A stretch of 59,385 nt of DNA, filler included, from Dimargaris cristalligena (taxonomy: Eukaryota): NCBI GenBank assembly GCA_003614675.1. It is 2 parts of 2 records of this genome, joined end to end, with 100 filler letters (N's around TTAATTAATTAA, not from the genome) between each part and the next. Parts side by side here need not be neighbours in the genome. Positions count along the whole stretch, not along the records: positions 1 to 29,681 come from ML002478.1; 1 more part is not named here. One strand, written 5' to 3'. Below are positions 1-12,532 of this stretch, one piece after another. Both the position numbers and the translations under genes were made by a program. The notes under the pieces are model-generated. The model was not told the DNA's origin. It did not search any database and saw nothing but the letters and a program-made list of their open reading frames with translations. Positions within the stretch are counted from its first letter, which is position 1, and every line of letters starts with the position of its first letter.

Positions 1-2627
1 GGAGTCGCCATGATAAACTCGACCCGCATACTCCAGCGGTACTGGACCGCCGAGGACTGGAAACCCGCGGATATGTGGACGGAATTAGGACAGGGTAGCA
101 GAAAGGTAACCTGGCGGGTAAACCGACAGAACTCGTGAAACTCGCCGTGCGTTTTGCGGGTCATGCTGGGGGCTAAGCTGGGGGTCTGGGTGGTATAGTC
201 GGCCGCACAATTTCCTCGCTTTCGAGCCATACTGAAACCTGGAAACAGGGGGCACCCGAAGGTAAGTAGGTGATGGAACCTGTGACGGTCTCCCCTAGCT
301 GGTAGGTACTTTTTGGTAGCACAATCCGGGCAACAGGCTGGCCGGCCCGGTTGTTTAAGTTGAGAATGACTGACGGCATGGTTGTAAGTAGGAGGTAAGT
401 GGTTGGGAATGTAGTTCAGAAAAAGGAATAAGTCAAGGGAAGCAGTAGCATGTTGGATGTTCAGAGACCAGCCATTATATGTAGGTAAACAGTAGAATAA
501 TATCATGCATGTCCGGTCATAAAATGGCAAAGTAATAAAAGTGATTAGCCGAAAACTATGGGTAAAAAACACTAAGGTACACACCTCGTTTACGCAGGCG
601 ACAAATATGTTCGGCGTGTTGGTAGGATAAAGACTGTTCGGAAGTGAAATCATTGGAGGACTCCCCAGAGGCCGTGGGCTTCAATGTTGACTGAATTACG
701 TCGCGAAGAAAATCGTTAGATTGGAGATCTAAAGAGGCGAGGGGGAGGAAAAAGGGGACCGCAGTATGACATTAAATAGTATAAGCAGAAGTGCAGGAAT
801 AATATTAGCAAATAGACACATTCACCACCGCCACAAATATATATATATATATATAATTGCCAACTTTGGGTGGCCGAATAAACTAAAAATCCTAATGTAA
901 AAATCAGATCAAAACTACTAACCTATGGCATCAAAGTTGCCGGGGGGAAATAAAGGCGTTTCGGGCTTATCGACCACGATGGCCTCATCGCCCATCCGAA
1001 TGATCGGGGATAGTAAGTCGTAGGTCGGTAAACCACCGCGTTCATCAATATGGGGTAACACCTTGAACGGCACCTGGACAATATGGGATTTGCGATTCAA
1101 GGCATTCTGCTGGCTCACCAGCACCAGTGAGTAGTTGAACCGGATGGACCGACCCCGGAACGAGGGGGGCAAGTCTTTGGGCAATGTAATCTGGTAGGTC
1201 ACGGTGCGCGACTGGCCGGGCAATAGGGATAGGTCGCTGAGGAGAATAGACGGCGGAGTGGAAAACGTGGGCCATTGTCGGCTAAAGAGGGTTGAGGAGG
1301 CCATGCCTCCCCGGCCCTGGGACCCCACCGCCAGGGCCGAGTTGGATTGGGTAGTCGAGGATGATTTTAACTGAGTGAGCGGGGTAGTGTCCGTGCCGAG
1401 GGACCCGCCACCCATGGCGCCCCCGCTGCCGCCAGTCCCTGTGGAGTGGTGGGCCGACCGGTACATGGCGGTATTTTGGAGAGGATCGAAAGGGGCCGTT
1501 TGCACCAAAGCCGGGTCCACACCGAAAGTGCCGGCCAGCTGGGCGAAGGCCCAGAGGATACGTTTGGGTTTACTCGCGGCATGCGGCGACGAACTCGACC
1601 GATTCATATGGGACAAGTCGGACGATCCGTTGGCTCCGTTCAGCCCCGGTCGTTCGGAGGATGACGCGCGTAGCATACTGGGAAACCGATTCCAGATGCT
1701 TTCGGATAGGGACACGCTCCGGGCGGTTTCGCCGTTTACCGGGGGATCTTCGGCAGTAGTAGTAGTAGTAGTAGGGTCAGTGGAGTGGTTAGTCTCGGAC
1801 CGGTGGCTCGGTTCGTCCGAACCCCATAGACCAAACCAGGAGCCTAGGGACGACGCACTGGGGTTGCCTCCGTTTAGCGGCCGGTGCACCTGCTGGACCT
1901 GCGGAATAGAAGAAGGGGGTGGGACTACACCAGCTAATAAAGGGCCAGTAGGTTGTTCATCGGGGCGATCGCTCATACAGGGGGACTGGGCCCTATCGGG
2001 AGGAAATCCCCAGGGGGAACCCGGGCGGGACACTTCGCTGGCGGGGGATAAAATGGACGGAGCGCGCGACCGGCCGGGGGCCGAAAGATGTAGGGGGTAG
2101 TTGGTGTTGGTATTGGTATTGGAGACAGCCGATGGGGGTTGGGGTGTGGCAGCCCGACCAGCGGGTGGCCCCGGGGTAGCCAGTCGGGGTAGTCCAAAGG
2201 GGGTCCAATTCTCCTGGTAGTCGGTACTATGCAGTCCAACCGACTGGGTCGAGTCTAAACTCGTACGTACACTGAGGTCACCACCCGGGTCGGGGCCAAG
2301 CGTGGAAGTCGCGGTCGCGGTCAGGTGGTCCAGTGGCAGCGGCCAGCGGTCACCGGGACCGACGGTCGTGGGTAGCGGGGAGAGGCGGGAGGTTTGGGAC
2401 GATATGGACGAGACGCTACCTACGCGACTACTCCGCTGGGAATGGTTGGTGCTAATGAGACTCGGTGTGGATAGGTTAGAAAAGTTGCGGGCACGCCGAC
2501 CGGCGAGGGGGGAGCTGGTGGAAACGGCGGTAGTTTTTTCGTAGTGGAAGGTGATGGAGCAGCGGAGGGATTCGCCGGCAAAGAACACCCCGTCGCGGTC
2601 GAACTGGGCGGTGACAACGATGCCCAT
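1..2627 (-). CDS. RGP1: Rgp1-family protein (Ric1-Rgp1 Rab6/Ypt6 GEF subunit); runs off the left end; apparent frameshift in exon 3
   Basis: Exons 2627-923, 728-585 and 369-<1 join in frame at GT-AG sites. Motifs VFFAGESLRCSITF, LWAFAQLAGTF, STPPSILLSDLSLLPGQSRT, LPKDLPPSFRGRSIRFNYSL, YQLGETV and TRKTHGEFHEFC...WSMRVEF are Rgp1-like. The frame changes between ~205 and ~175. Confidence 0.85.
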
Positions 2628-3607
2628 CTTCTAACGGAATGCTGGGATGGCTGGGGAAGGGTGAGGGGGGAGGCTTCGAATAGATAGACAGGGAAAGCGG
2701 TGATCGGCGGAGTATGGTGAATTAGGGAGACCATGGGGACTTAACGAGGCACATGGGGGAGTACTTTGGGCAACAAAGTGAGTAGGCGACGAAGGGGTCA
2801 GTCAATAGAAAAGGGAAAAGACGACGAAGGAGTTCGACGTCATTCAATAAAGGATAGTGGATTTGGCCGAGCCATAGAGGGTTAGTGAGTATCGAGGAAG
2901 GAAGTAGGTAAGTAAGTAAGGTCAGAGGGAAACCAGCCCTACTACAAGAGGAGTCCAAAGGCGCACACCACCACCACAACTAACTGGGCAACTGACCTCC
3001 CTCCAACCTACTACTGAGTAGCATCGGCTGGAGTTTCCCAGTCCCTACAGTCTCTCACCTACGGTTGCTTTACGATTCATTCTCCATTTGTTTATTAAAT
3101 CCCCCCCACTTGGCCCACATACCCCGCCCTCCGCAGAATAGCAGGGACCCTCTCCCTACCCCCTCAGGCTAAACATTAATACCAGGGAAGAAAAGCCTAC
3201 AAGACGATAGATGATGCTGGCTCGGGAGAAGATGTGATGTTTATTTGTATTTAAATTTAAATAAATAGAGAGAGGTATATATAGATAGAGAGAGAGAAAC
3301 GCGGGGTGATAAGGCGGGATGGGCTGAACAACGAGGCGTAGTAAAGAGTTGATACGACTCCGCAGCGATATTACAGTGCTCCAAATACGGTATGATATAG
3401 TGCACACCTGGATCCGGGGAAATTGGAGCACACTACGGTCCTATATTACGGTGATTCGGGGGGACGATAACGAGCGCGAGGTAATGTACCATATTATCTG
3501 GGGAACAGGATGTCGAGTAGCGTGTGCCTCTATAGCCAGCACCGAAACTCGGCGGTATATAAGTGTGGGTTTGGCCACCCCCCGTATGGGGCGTGCGCTC
3601 TCCCCAA

Positions 3608-5017
3608 TTACAAATCGGCTGAACGGGGTTCTGTCGCAGGAGCAACCATGGTGGCTCCAATATCCATGGTGGAAAAGGCGTCAGGCTGGTGACCGCGGTT
3701 CTTGAGAGCGGCGGCCAGTCTTTCGGGTGGTTCGTTAAGGGTTTCGTCGGTTAGGATAAAGGTGCCCCAGTGCATGGCCACGCTCTTCCGGGCGCGAACA
3801 TCTTCGTGGACCCGAACGGCATCCTCGGGACTACAGTGCACGGGCGAGAACACCCACCGGGGCGAGTAAGCACCAATGGGGATACAGGCCAGGTCAAAGG
3901 GGCCGTACCGGTCGCCGATTTCCTTGAAGGCCGGGCACACGGGCGTGGGGTCGTCGGGTTGGTCGAGGGTGGCTTCGTGGGCCCGGCTGGTGACGGTACG
4001 GTAGCCCGTGTCCCCGGCGAAGTAGAAGCGCTGGCCCGAGGGAAACACCAGACAGAAGCTGGCCCACAGCGTGCGGTAGCGGTCGGTTAAGCCACGGCCC
4101 GTGAAGTGCTGGCAAGGGGTGCACACCACCTGCACCTGGCCCCGCCGGGGTTCGGTGGTAGTAGGGGCTGGAGTTTCTTCGGGGGTAGCAGTGGTGGAAG
4201 TAGCGGAGGACCCGCCAGCCGACAGCAGGTCGAGGTTGCTTTCGTCCCACCAGTCCATTTCGGTGACACGCGTGGCCCCCAGGTCTTCCAGCCATTGCTT
4301 ATTGCCCAGGGGGACAATGTAGTGCGGGCGGGATCCCAGAGCGCGGATGGTTTCCACATCCATATGGTCGTAGTGGTTGTGGCTGATGACCACCAGGTCA
4401 ATGGGCGGCAATTCCGCAACGGTGCAGGGCGTGGGGCGGATCCGTTTGGGGCCCACGAACTGGACGGGCGAGCAGCGGGCCGAAAACACGGGGTCGAACA
4501 GGATATTCAGCCCGTTGGCCTGCAGGAGGAAACTCGCGTGTCCGAGCCAAGTGAGCTGCAGTTGGGTCGGGTCGGGCTCGCGCAGCATGGACCAGTCCAT
4601 GGGAACCACGGGCACCAGCTCCTCCTCCTTGGGGATAAACAGGCTGGTCTTGACATTCCAATCCCGGACCATGGCGGTAAAGACCTGGAGGAAGCCAAAG
4701 TGCTGGTGCGAGGGCCACGGGTTCACGAAGCCGCCCTTGGGGTTGTGGTGGGCTTTTTTAACCGTGTCGGAGCGGGAGGTGGCCATGGGGGGCAGGTTAA
4801 GCACGGCGGGATAGGCTAGAGTGGATACACCGGCGGAAGTCTGGGAGGGAGCCTTGGGAGGGGTGGTTAGGGGTCGTGACGTGGCAGTCTCGACGATGGT
4901 CGGGCGGTGGGGGGAAGGATTAAGGGAATAGAGTCGAGCAGAACGAGAAGAAGAGGAGGGAACGCGGAAGTAACGGCCGAGGGGAAGACGGGCCGTGGTC
5001 GGACGAGGCAGAAACAT
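3608..5017 (-). CDS. NAPE-hydrolysing phospholipase D / Fmp30-like metallo-beta-lactamase
   Basis: Single exon with FVNPW, TWLGHASFL, DPVFS, SHNHYDH (HxHxDH), FAGDTGY, PIGAYSPRW and MHWGTF. Arg/Ser-rich N-terminus resembles a mitochondrial presequence. Confidence 0.92.
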   Translation of the reverse strand: MFLPRPTTARLPLGRYFRVPSSSSRSARLYSLNPSPHRPTIVETATSRPLTTPPKAPSQTSAGVSTLAYPAVLNLPPMATSRSDTVKKAHHNPKGGFVNPWPSHQHFGFLQVFTAMVRDWNVKTSLFIPKEEELVPVVPMDWSMLREPDPTQLQLTWLGHASFLLQANGLNILFDPVFSARCSPVQFVGPKRIRPTPCTVAELPPIDLVVISHNHYDHMDVETIRALGSRPHYIVPLGNKQWLEDLGATRVTEMDWWDESNLDLLSAGGSSATSTTATPEETPAPTTTEPRRGQVQVVCTPCQHFTGRGLTDRYRTLWASFCLVFPSGQRFYFAGDTGYRTVTSRAHEATLDQPDDPTPVCPAFKEIGDRYGPFDLACIPIGAYSPRWVFSPVHCSPEDAVRVHEDVRARKSVAMHWGTFILTDETLNEPPERLAAALKNRGHQPDAFSTMDIGATMVAPATEPRSADL

Positions 5018-5400
5018 TAGGTAAGGGATTCTATATAAGAAAATGACGGTGGGGGTGTTGGTGTGTATTTATCTGAATCCTAGTAAAAGATTGGTTGGTT
5101 GGCCAGCAGGTTGTTTCTTCCTTTCCTTCTCGCTCTTTCGTACGTCAGCTTATTTAATCAATTGAATCGATTCCCTGTTGTGGTTGGAAAGAAAACCAAT
5201 GTGATACAACAGGTTTCCTAATGGAGCGGCGGTTTTTGGATGGGCCAGGTTCCGGTAGTGTAGGAAGGGGGGGCACACTACAAGAGGCGGAATAATATAT
5301 ATATATATATTGAGAGGTGTCTAAAAGGAACGGCACAGTTATATAGATCGCATCAATATAGCCCAATAGTAGTGACTTGAAGTCTCGGTTAGACAAAAGG

Positions 5401-5401
<1 letters not shown>

Positions 5402-5440
<39 letters not shown>
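5402..5440. repeat. (TA)n microsatellite
   Basis: Visible TA tract; similar tracts near 840, 8662, 14205 and 41371. Confidence 0.9.
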
Positions 5441-5443
<3 letters not shown>

Positions 5444-6647
5444 GTTCTCTACATTAAAAAGCACCTAACCACCCGCTGGCTGACACCATACTTACCAAAC
5501 TATATAAAAAATTGGGCTTAGAATAAACCAAGCCAAGTCAGGCAGAGGAGAAAGTCGGACGGGGCTGGGAACCAGCGTCTTTGTCTACGATAGTGGCGCT
5601 TCCCAAGGCAAGGGCAAACTGGGCTTGATCAACGGGGAATCCGTGGCGGGGAATCGGCAAGGACTCGCACAATGCGACGGAACGGAGGGTTATAATAAGT
5701 AGGAACAGAGAGAAGCGACTAAGAGGGTCTGTCTTTTGGGCTCGAAGCGACGAAAAAGCGGAGTAAAAGGAAGAGAAGGTAGAGGAGAACGTGGCGGGGT
5801 GGGCAGGAGTGGTCCTATTTCCCAGCAGTGTGCGAGTGAGAACGGAGAGAGTGATTTGGCCCTGTAAATGAACTACTCTGCTCCTCCTAGTCTATTATAG
5901 TCGGTGAAGGTATTTTTATGTGCCTAGCCATATTGTAGAGCTATTCTCCTGGACCGGGTTTCACTCGCTTATTCCTACCTCTATTACCACATTAATAATT
6001 CACCAACCGTGTTATAGTAATACTTCACTCTACCCTTCTACCACCGCCATTCGGCCGATGTCTCGACAAGCCAATCCGGCCTTAAATCCATTGCACCGTA
6101 CTGCTTGCTATCTTTTCCCACTCCCTAGCGAACATCTAGATACCAAAAGGGGAAAAAACAAACTGCGGTGGGGTTTAGATTGCTTGCGTGGCTCCAATAG
6201 CCTAGAAATTTATCGGCTACGTTTTTACTGGGTAAATAGCGAAACCACCATTCTTACTAATGGGGCGCGCGTGATCCACCAATAAAGGCCGCGCGTATGC
6301 CAACAGCGTTGCTTGAGGCGACTCTCTCTATATACCCACTACCATCCATCTATGGGTAATAAATACATATATATATATAAATATAAACGTAGTAGTGGTA
6401 GTAGTAGTAGTAGTAGCAGTGTACCTCCATGATTATCAAATGATCTCCACCTAAAATCATTCCACGAAGGATGTGCGTCTCGGCGTTATTTAGTATATTT
6501 CCACCCCATAGAGCCGTCTGCTTCTCTGGGCCATTCCACATCACTCCATTACTTTCGTTTACTCTACATCCACCCTTTTATTTACCATCACGTGAATAGA
6601 ATCTCCCTTCCGGTGACTCGAATAGAAAACATTTCCCATCTCTCCAT

Positions 6648-8611
6648 TCATTGCTTTTTGAAGAAATTGAACAGGCTCCGCTGTTCACCTGAGGGGGCCT
6701 TCTTCGCAGGCCTCGCATCCGCTGGTCTACGAAAGGGGATTATAGTCACCAAGGCGAGGGGAGGTGACATTAGCGATACAGAATCGGCATTTTCATTTTC
6801 ATTAGTAACTACTACCGACAAGACGTACGCATGATCCACTAGAGGGCCTGCTATCGAACCAGACAATACGTTACAAATAATTCCCCCTATTTGGATCTAC
6901 TTACTTGGTCGATGAGGGGGCTTGGTTATTAACTTTGGCTCGCTTGGGTGCCTCGGGTTCGGGTTCATCTTCGGAATACAACTCCCATTCGGTGACATCT
7001 TCCGTAACTACTCCAGTGGTAATGAGTAAAATCCGGGTGGATTCAGCGACAATTGCATTCCAGATAGGCCAGTTAAAATTGGGAGTGACATGCACGGGGA
7101 ATACACCATACCGCGGTGGCATTCGCCCGTAAAAATCCGTTTAAAGAAAACCGTCGCCTAAACATTATATCCACCTCCATACTTACCTAGATACCCCCGT
7201 TCGTCCTTATAGGTGCGTGTTTTGGTCACTTTACGGCGTCGGCGCACCCGCTTCGATGAACCTGACTCGGCCGACTGGGCGACAGTCGGCTCGGTGACCT
7301 TGCTTTCGGTCTTACCTACATTATCACCGATATCGACATCTTCTTCCTCGACCTTATCATCATCATCATCATCATCATCGTCATCGTCGTCGTCGCTGTC
7401 GGAGATGATCCGTTTGCTGGAGATGGATTTGGATTTGGGAGCCGGCATACTCATTTCTTCGTCCTCATCATCACTAAACGGATTCAATTCAATTTCATAA
7501 ACAATATATATCCATACGCATATAAATAATCCACAGTTAGAGGCAAGTCAGCGGGCATATCCCATAGATAAGTCAGGTATGAAGAACAAAACTGCCATTG
7601 CCATAATGCACAGAATATGTCGACCAATTTATCCCGTTCAAGTCCCACCCGTGAAGTCTCTGTACTTTCATAAATAACCAGCCCTTTAACTTACCTGCTG
7701 AATTCCACTTTATCTGATTCAGATTCCTTGGCAAGCGCCTCCGAGTCCGACTTCTCTTCAATTTCCACGGTAGGGCTCTCAGCCTTGGGTGTCGGCAAAG
7801 GAGCGGGCGTAGGTTTAGATTGCCGGACATACGAGAAGAATGGCTTAGGCACGGCAGGTTTAGCGGGCTCCGGGGTGGACTTATCTTCCTTGGGTTTAGC
7901 CGGCGATATCGAGTCTTTCTTAGACTTCGGCTTCGCGGTCGATTTTTTAGGTTGAGGTGTAGATACGAGTGTGGGTGCAGATGCAGGTGCGGGCGTGGAG
8001 ATGGGTTTAGATACCGGTATGGTCGGGGCCTTGGTCGCCACGGGCTGTTCCTTCTCCCGAGGGTTCGCACCCGCCTGCCCAATTGTAATCCGCGGATCCC
8101 AGACCGCCGCGATAGCCTGCCGATGTTTCCGTTCCGTTGGGCCATCCACCGACGTGTAGTCAGCCCGCTCCTCTTGTTTCACCCCGACCAGGATACTCGA
8201 GTCCGTCGGCAACACTTCTTGTAAACTCCAAATGTGGACACTCGCTATGGACTGGAACTGGGTTTTAGTTCGCTCCAGGTCCGTTTCGGGGGTCAGCACG
8301 AACCCATGGGCCACGCGGGGTCCCCCGGTCGCAGTAGTAGTAGAGGTGGCGGTGGGTGGCGTAGCGTGTGCGTCGGTCGACGAAGTAGACGGGCCGAGCT
8401 GAGCGGACTTGGCCGGGCGACCCGTTACACAGTAAACGGCCTGGCACGACTGGGTAGCGTCCAATTGGCGCTGCGCATGAAAGTCAAACAGCATACACTT
8501 GGCGCGGTTGACATGGACATTGAGGGTTCGACTCAACCACAAGTACGTCACGGGTTTGTGCTCATGGAACAAGCGGGTTTGCAGTAGGTCAACATAATCG
8601 GCGCTCATCAT
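6648..8611 (-). CDS. POLD3: DNA polymerase delta subunit 3 (Cdc27/Pol32/p66), 4 exons
   Basis: N-terminal VTYLWLSRTLNVHVNRAKCML; C-terminal RRRRKVTKTRTYKDERGYL-VTEDVTEWE; terminal PIP box QRSLFNFFKK. Three GTAAGT introns restore the frame. Confidence 0.93.
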
Positions 8612-8661
8612 GGTTATAACTAAACTGGGGGGATGTCAAAAGGTGAAGACTAAATAGTAGG

Positions 8662-8692
<31 letters not shown>

Positions 8693-11600
8693 TGATAACA
8701 GTGGCGGAATTGGGCAGAATAACGAGTAGAGCGGGGTAGTGGCCCCCTTAGTTTAGGCTTACCCTCTGGCAATGTAGAGAGGAGGAGATCCACTCAGGCT
8801 GACCGCAGTTGGTCTCGTGAAGCCAAAAAGCGTCCGTAGGTGTTGTAGTTATAATTTTGGTAGGCGGGGGCACTCCCAATTACTCTGTTTGATAAACATT
8901 AATATGGGGGGAAAGGCGAGAGAGAGCTCCTTGTATTCCCTGGTATTACATTGATACTTGGTCTATAAAGTTCGGGTCAAAACAGATTCACGTGACCTAC
9001 TTTGTTTACGTTTCTCTTCCTATTGTAATCTGCTTGGCTTAATTAGAGGGCCGAACATCCCTGTGTTCATTAGATCTTTTTAAGTTTCGTTGGTTGAGAG
9101 GGGGTCATACTTAAGATTACACTGACGAACCCCGAGCCTCTCGCCTAACTAGGGCAGTTCTAGCGCAACCGGTCTGCTCTAGAGTAAGTGAGTCAATATT
9201 GCCTGCGAGATCAAATAGTATATAAATACCAATGAAATATATATATATATATATAGAAAGTAACCAACAACTTGGTTAGTCAGTCGGCCGGTCCCTAATA
9301 CGCCACACAATCTATTCGGTTCGAATGGCAGTTGATTTATACCGGACGGTGGTTGAAGTGGGAATCGGGAGAGTTAATGACTCCTCCTCCGTCGCTTTAG
9401 TTTGGCCAGGGGTATCGTTAGGAAAGAAGGCCATCGGTCGCAGTATATAAACTTAACGGGGTTTCGGAGAACCGCGGCACTCATGGGGGATTATACTGTA
9501 AATTCGTGGCGGTCGCTATTCCCCGATGAGCGGGGAGGAGTAAGCCACCGTAGTGCTCATCCGATAGGGGGCCGCTTTATATACCGCTAAGTAAAGCAAA
9601 CTCGAACTCGCCCACCCAATTTTCCCTTGAGGACATACTAGTAGGCGATTAGTAGTAGTAGGTTATACGCTTGTCCAGAGGGTTTTCACGTTGGTTTGAC
9701 AGGCGGTCCCATGGTGAATAGAAAGGTGGAAAGGAGAAGCTCTTAGATAAAGATTTTTCAGGTAGTATTTAGTATTGCTTAGGTACGATTCACCTTCTCC
9801 CTCACAAGAGAGCCCGCGCACCCCTGATCGGTGGTTGGTTTCGGAGGTAGCTCTCGGTCGCTTCGACCGTTGGGTAAAGCAAATTTCGGCAGGGTGTGTC
9901 CACTTTCGTTGAAGTCAGGGGCATGCGCCCAAGTGGGGTGGACTCAATCCAATTACGATAAAGCAGGTGTTGACGTGCTCTCTTCATAATTGATTATGGC
10001 TGATGGACTTGCTATATTATTATGGATTGGTAGGTTAGTGGGAGAGGGGGGGGACTCTCATAGTCTACCGGGCAATAAACTCCTATCGCTGTACAAGGAA
10101 ATGTCCACACAAAGATACAATCCAATTATGGGTGCATGCTCCCCCCGGGCACTTTCCTCGTCACGAGTTATTATGCAGGTATAATAATAGGCGGCTTATG
10201 ATATTTTCCTGGTTTTGAATAGAGGCGCAATGAGGTTTAGGTTAGCAATATTAAAAATAGATGCAAGCACGCCCGAGCGTCTTTACGGCCGAGCAGAATG
10301 GTAAGCGGTTGCTATGGACTTGCTGATTAAACCTGACTCCGTCCATCATTAAAGAGATCCCCCCTCCCCAAGAGTTTTCAACGCGTTCTTAACTAAACAG
10401 CACTGCTCGATAGAATTGGTCTACCGTTCATCAACACGAGATTGGACCCTCCACGCCAAACCTCGAGTTGGCCAGTCTATACACATAAATACACGATACC
10501 TAATGAGGTGTCCAACCCCCCCCCCCGCGGTATGTCACTCAACTAACTAACTGGCGGCCTAGGGGAGATAGCAACGCATCTTAGTATGTAACAATGTCTC
10601 GTAACTCATGGTTCCTCTGTATTCTTTCCCCACCCGTTCAAAACTTGAGGGGCAGCATTCCAACCATACCGCTCGGTCCATCTAAGGAATATGACCCTTA
10701 AAACCAGTATACTACAATGGGACAGGCTTCCACCTCGTAAAAAGAACTAAAAACCCGTTCAACGGCAGAGTCTACTAAATCTAATTACCTCGGCTCTTTC
10801 GCAAATAGGGAAACGGCCATGGGCAGGGGGACTGTGGCTAACCTTGCTTATCTACCGGGGCAATATCCCCAAACAAGCCTGGTATTATTATTATATATAT
10901 ATATATAACAAATCTATCAAAAATCAAGTAAGTCAAGATGGACTCCGCCGGCGAGTGCGTTAATTGGCTGTATTCTCCGGTTCCATTACCCCTTCTTTTC
11001 CATGTTCGATTGCTTTAAAATTAAAACAACCAAAATAAATATAAAATATAAATCCCTGATGCACGTCGGGTGAATGATTTTAGCTCCTCCCCGGGCGCAG
11101 GATGGTCCGCTCGAAGCCATACTCTTGCGACGCGTCCCCCATCATTCGCGGGGAATACCGCTGGCATGTTTACTATATATAAAAAAAGTAAGTGGACCTG
11201 CAGCGGCGCTTACATTCCAATGTAACGCGGCTCGCGAAGCGGAATAACCCCATGAATTGAGCCCAATAAGGGCCATACACACCTACACTTCTGCATTCCC
11301 TGGCACCAACCATTGTAAAGTGTACCGCGCCGCGACGGACCTCCTTCCCCCTTTTCCCTCATATCCCAAATACACTGTTGTTTCCCAGTTCTAGGGTCCA
11401 CTCCTGAATCCGGATATAAAAATAGCTTTTTGGGGGGCGGACCAGTTTAATTAGGACCACTACAGTAGGTGGGCCCGTAAATCATGCAATGGTTTCGTAT
11501 TATAAGGTTGGTCAGGGGCCCCAAAGGTTGGTGAATGGTCGAGGAATTCAAGTGAGCTGTATATCTATAGGGTAATGCTATTATTAGTAGTAGTAATGGT

Positions 11601-12532
11601 GGTTTTTGGGCTGGTGTTCTACGCGGAGTCAGTTAGGTTGGGGGGCAGAGGCGCGCGGGCGGGGTTATGATTGAGTTGGTTATACACGGATATGTTAAAC
11701 GGTCAACGGCCCGCCCCTGGTCCCCCGGCCAAACCGACCCTACTTTCGCGTAATTTGAAGTAGAAAATCACACTTCGGCCGCGAACCTCCCTACCCAAAA
11801 TACCTACTACACACACCTCTCTACCGGTATATTTCTATTGGAACGACAGGGTGCGTGTGATACTAGGAGGCGACGTTCAAGCCTGACCTTCCCCTCCCAT
11901 ACCGGAGCATTAGAGATTTTCACAGTATACGAGGATATCCCTCCCTCCCTACCTACCTACCTACCTGTGCCCCGCGAGCAGGGATAACCCTTACTGGTTC
12001 GGACTGAATCCCGGCCAGCTATAACTAACCCCCCGTGGACCGCATACCCTGGCCTCTTCACCTCTCGTTTATTCAACACATCCCGTATTAGGTGTCCCTC
12101 CTTTATTCATTTCTATATACGCTCCACCATCGAGGGCCAAATCTTCCTGATCCATCGAACTACAATCCTACTCTCTATTCGCCTGGCTCTATTTAAGGAC
12201 CGCAGATTTGTGACTGCTTCTTTGACCAGCTTGCGCCGTGAACGTACTACTACATTACACCTTTGTTGCAGTCCCTCTGAATTGCTTTATATTCCCTTGT
12301 ATATTTTTGTTTTGGGTCGATATTTTCCCTCTATATTTCAACTCCGCGGGTTTTGTTTAATTGCTTACCAGTCGCATACCTCATTATACGTATTGGTCTT
12401 CAATTTATTGTCGTTGTGTACACTATTTTTATTACACCTACCCTCCATCTCCTCGACACCCTTTCCCTTAACCGACATCTACCTTCCCACCACCTCACAC
12501 ACACTCCTTCCAAAAAAAAAAATCCCCTCAAC

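Noticed and set aside
8612-12532. Long intergenic region as a possible ncRNA or hidden gene
   Set aside because: No tRNA, snRNA or coding signature recognisable by eye; an Rfam scan would be needed.
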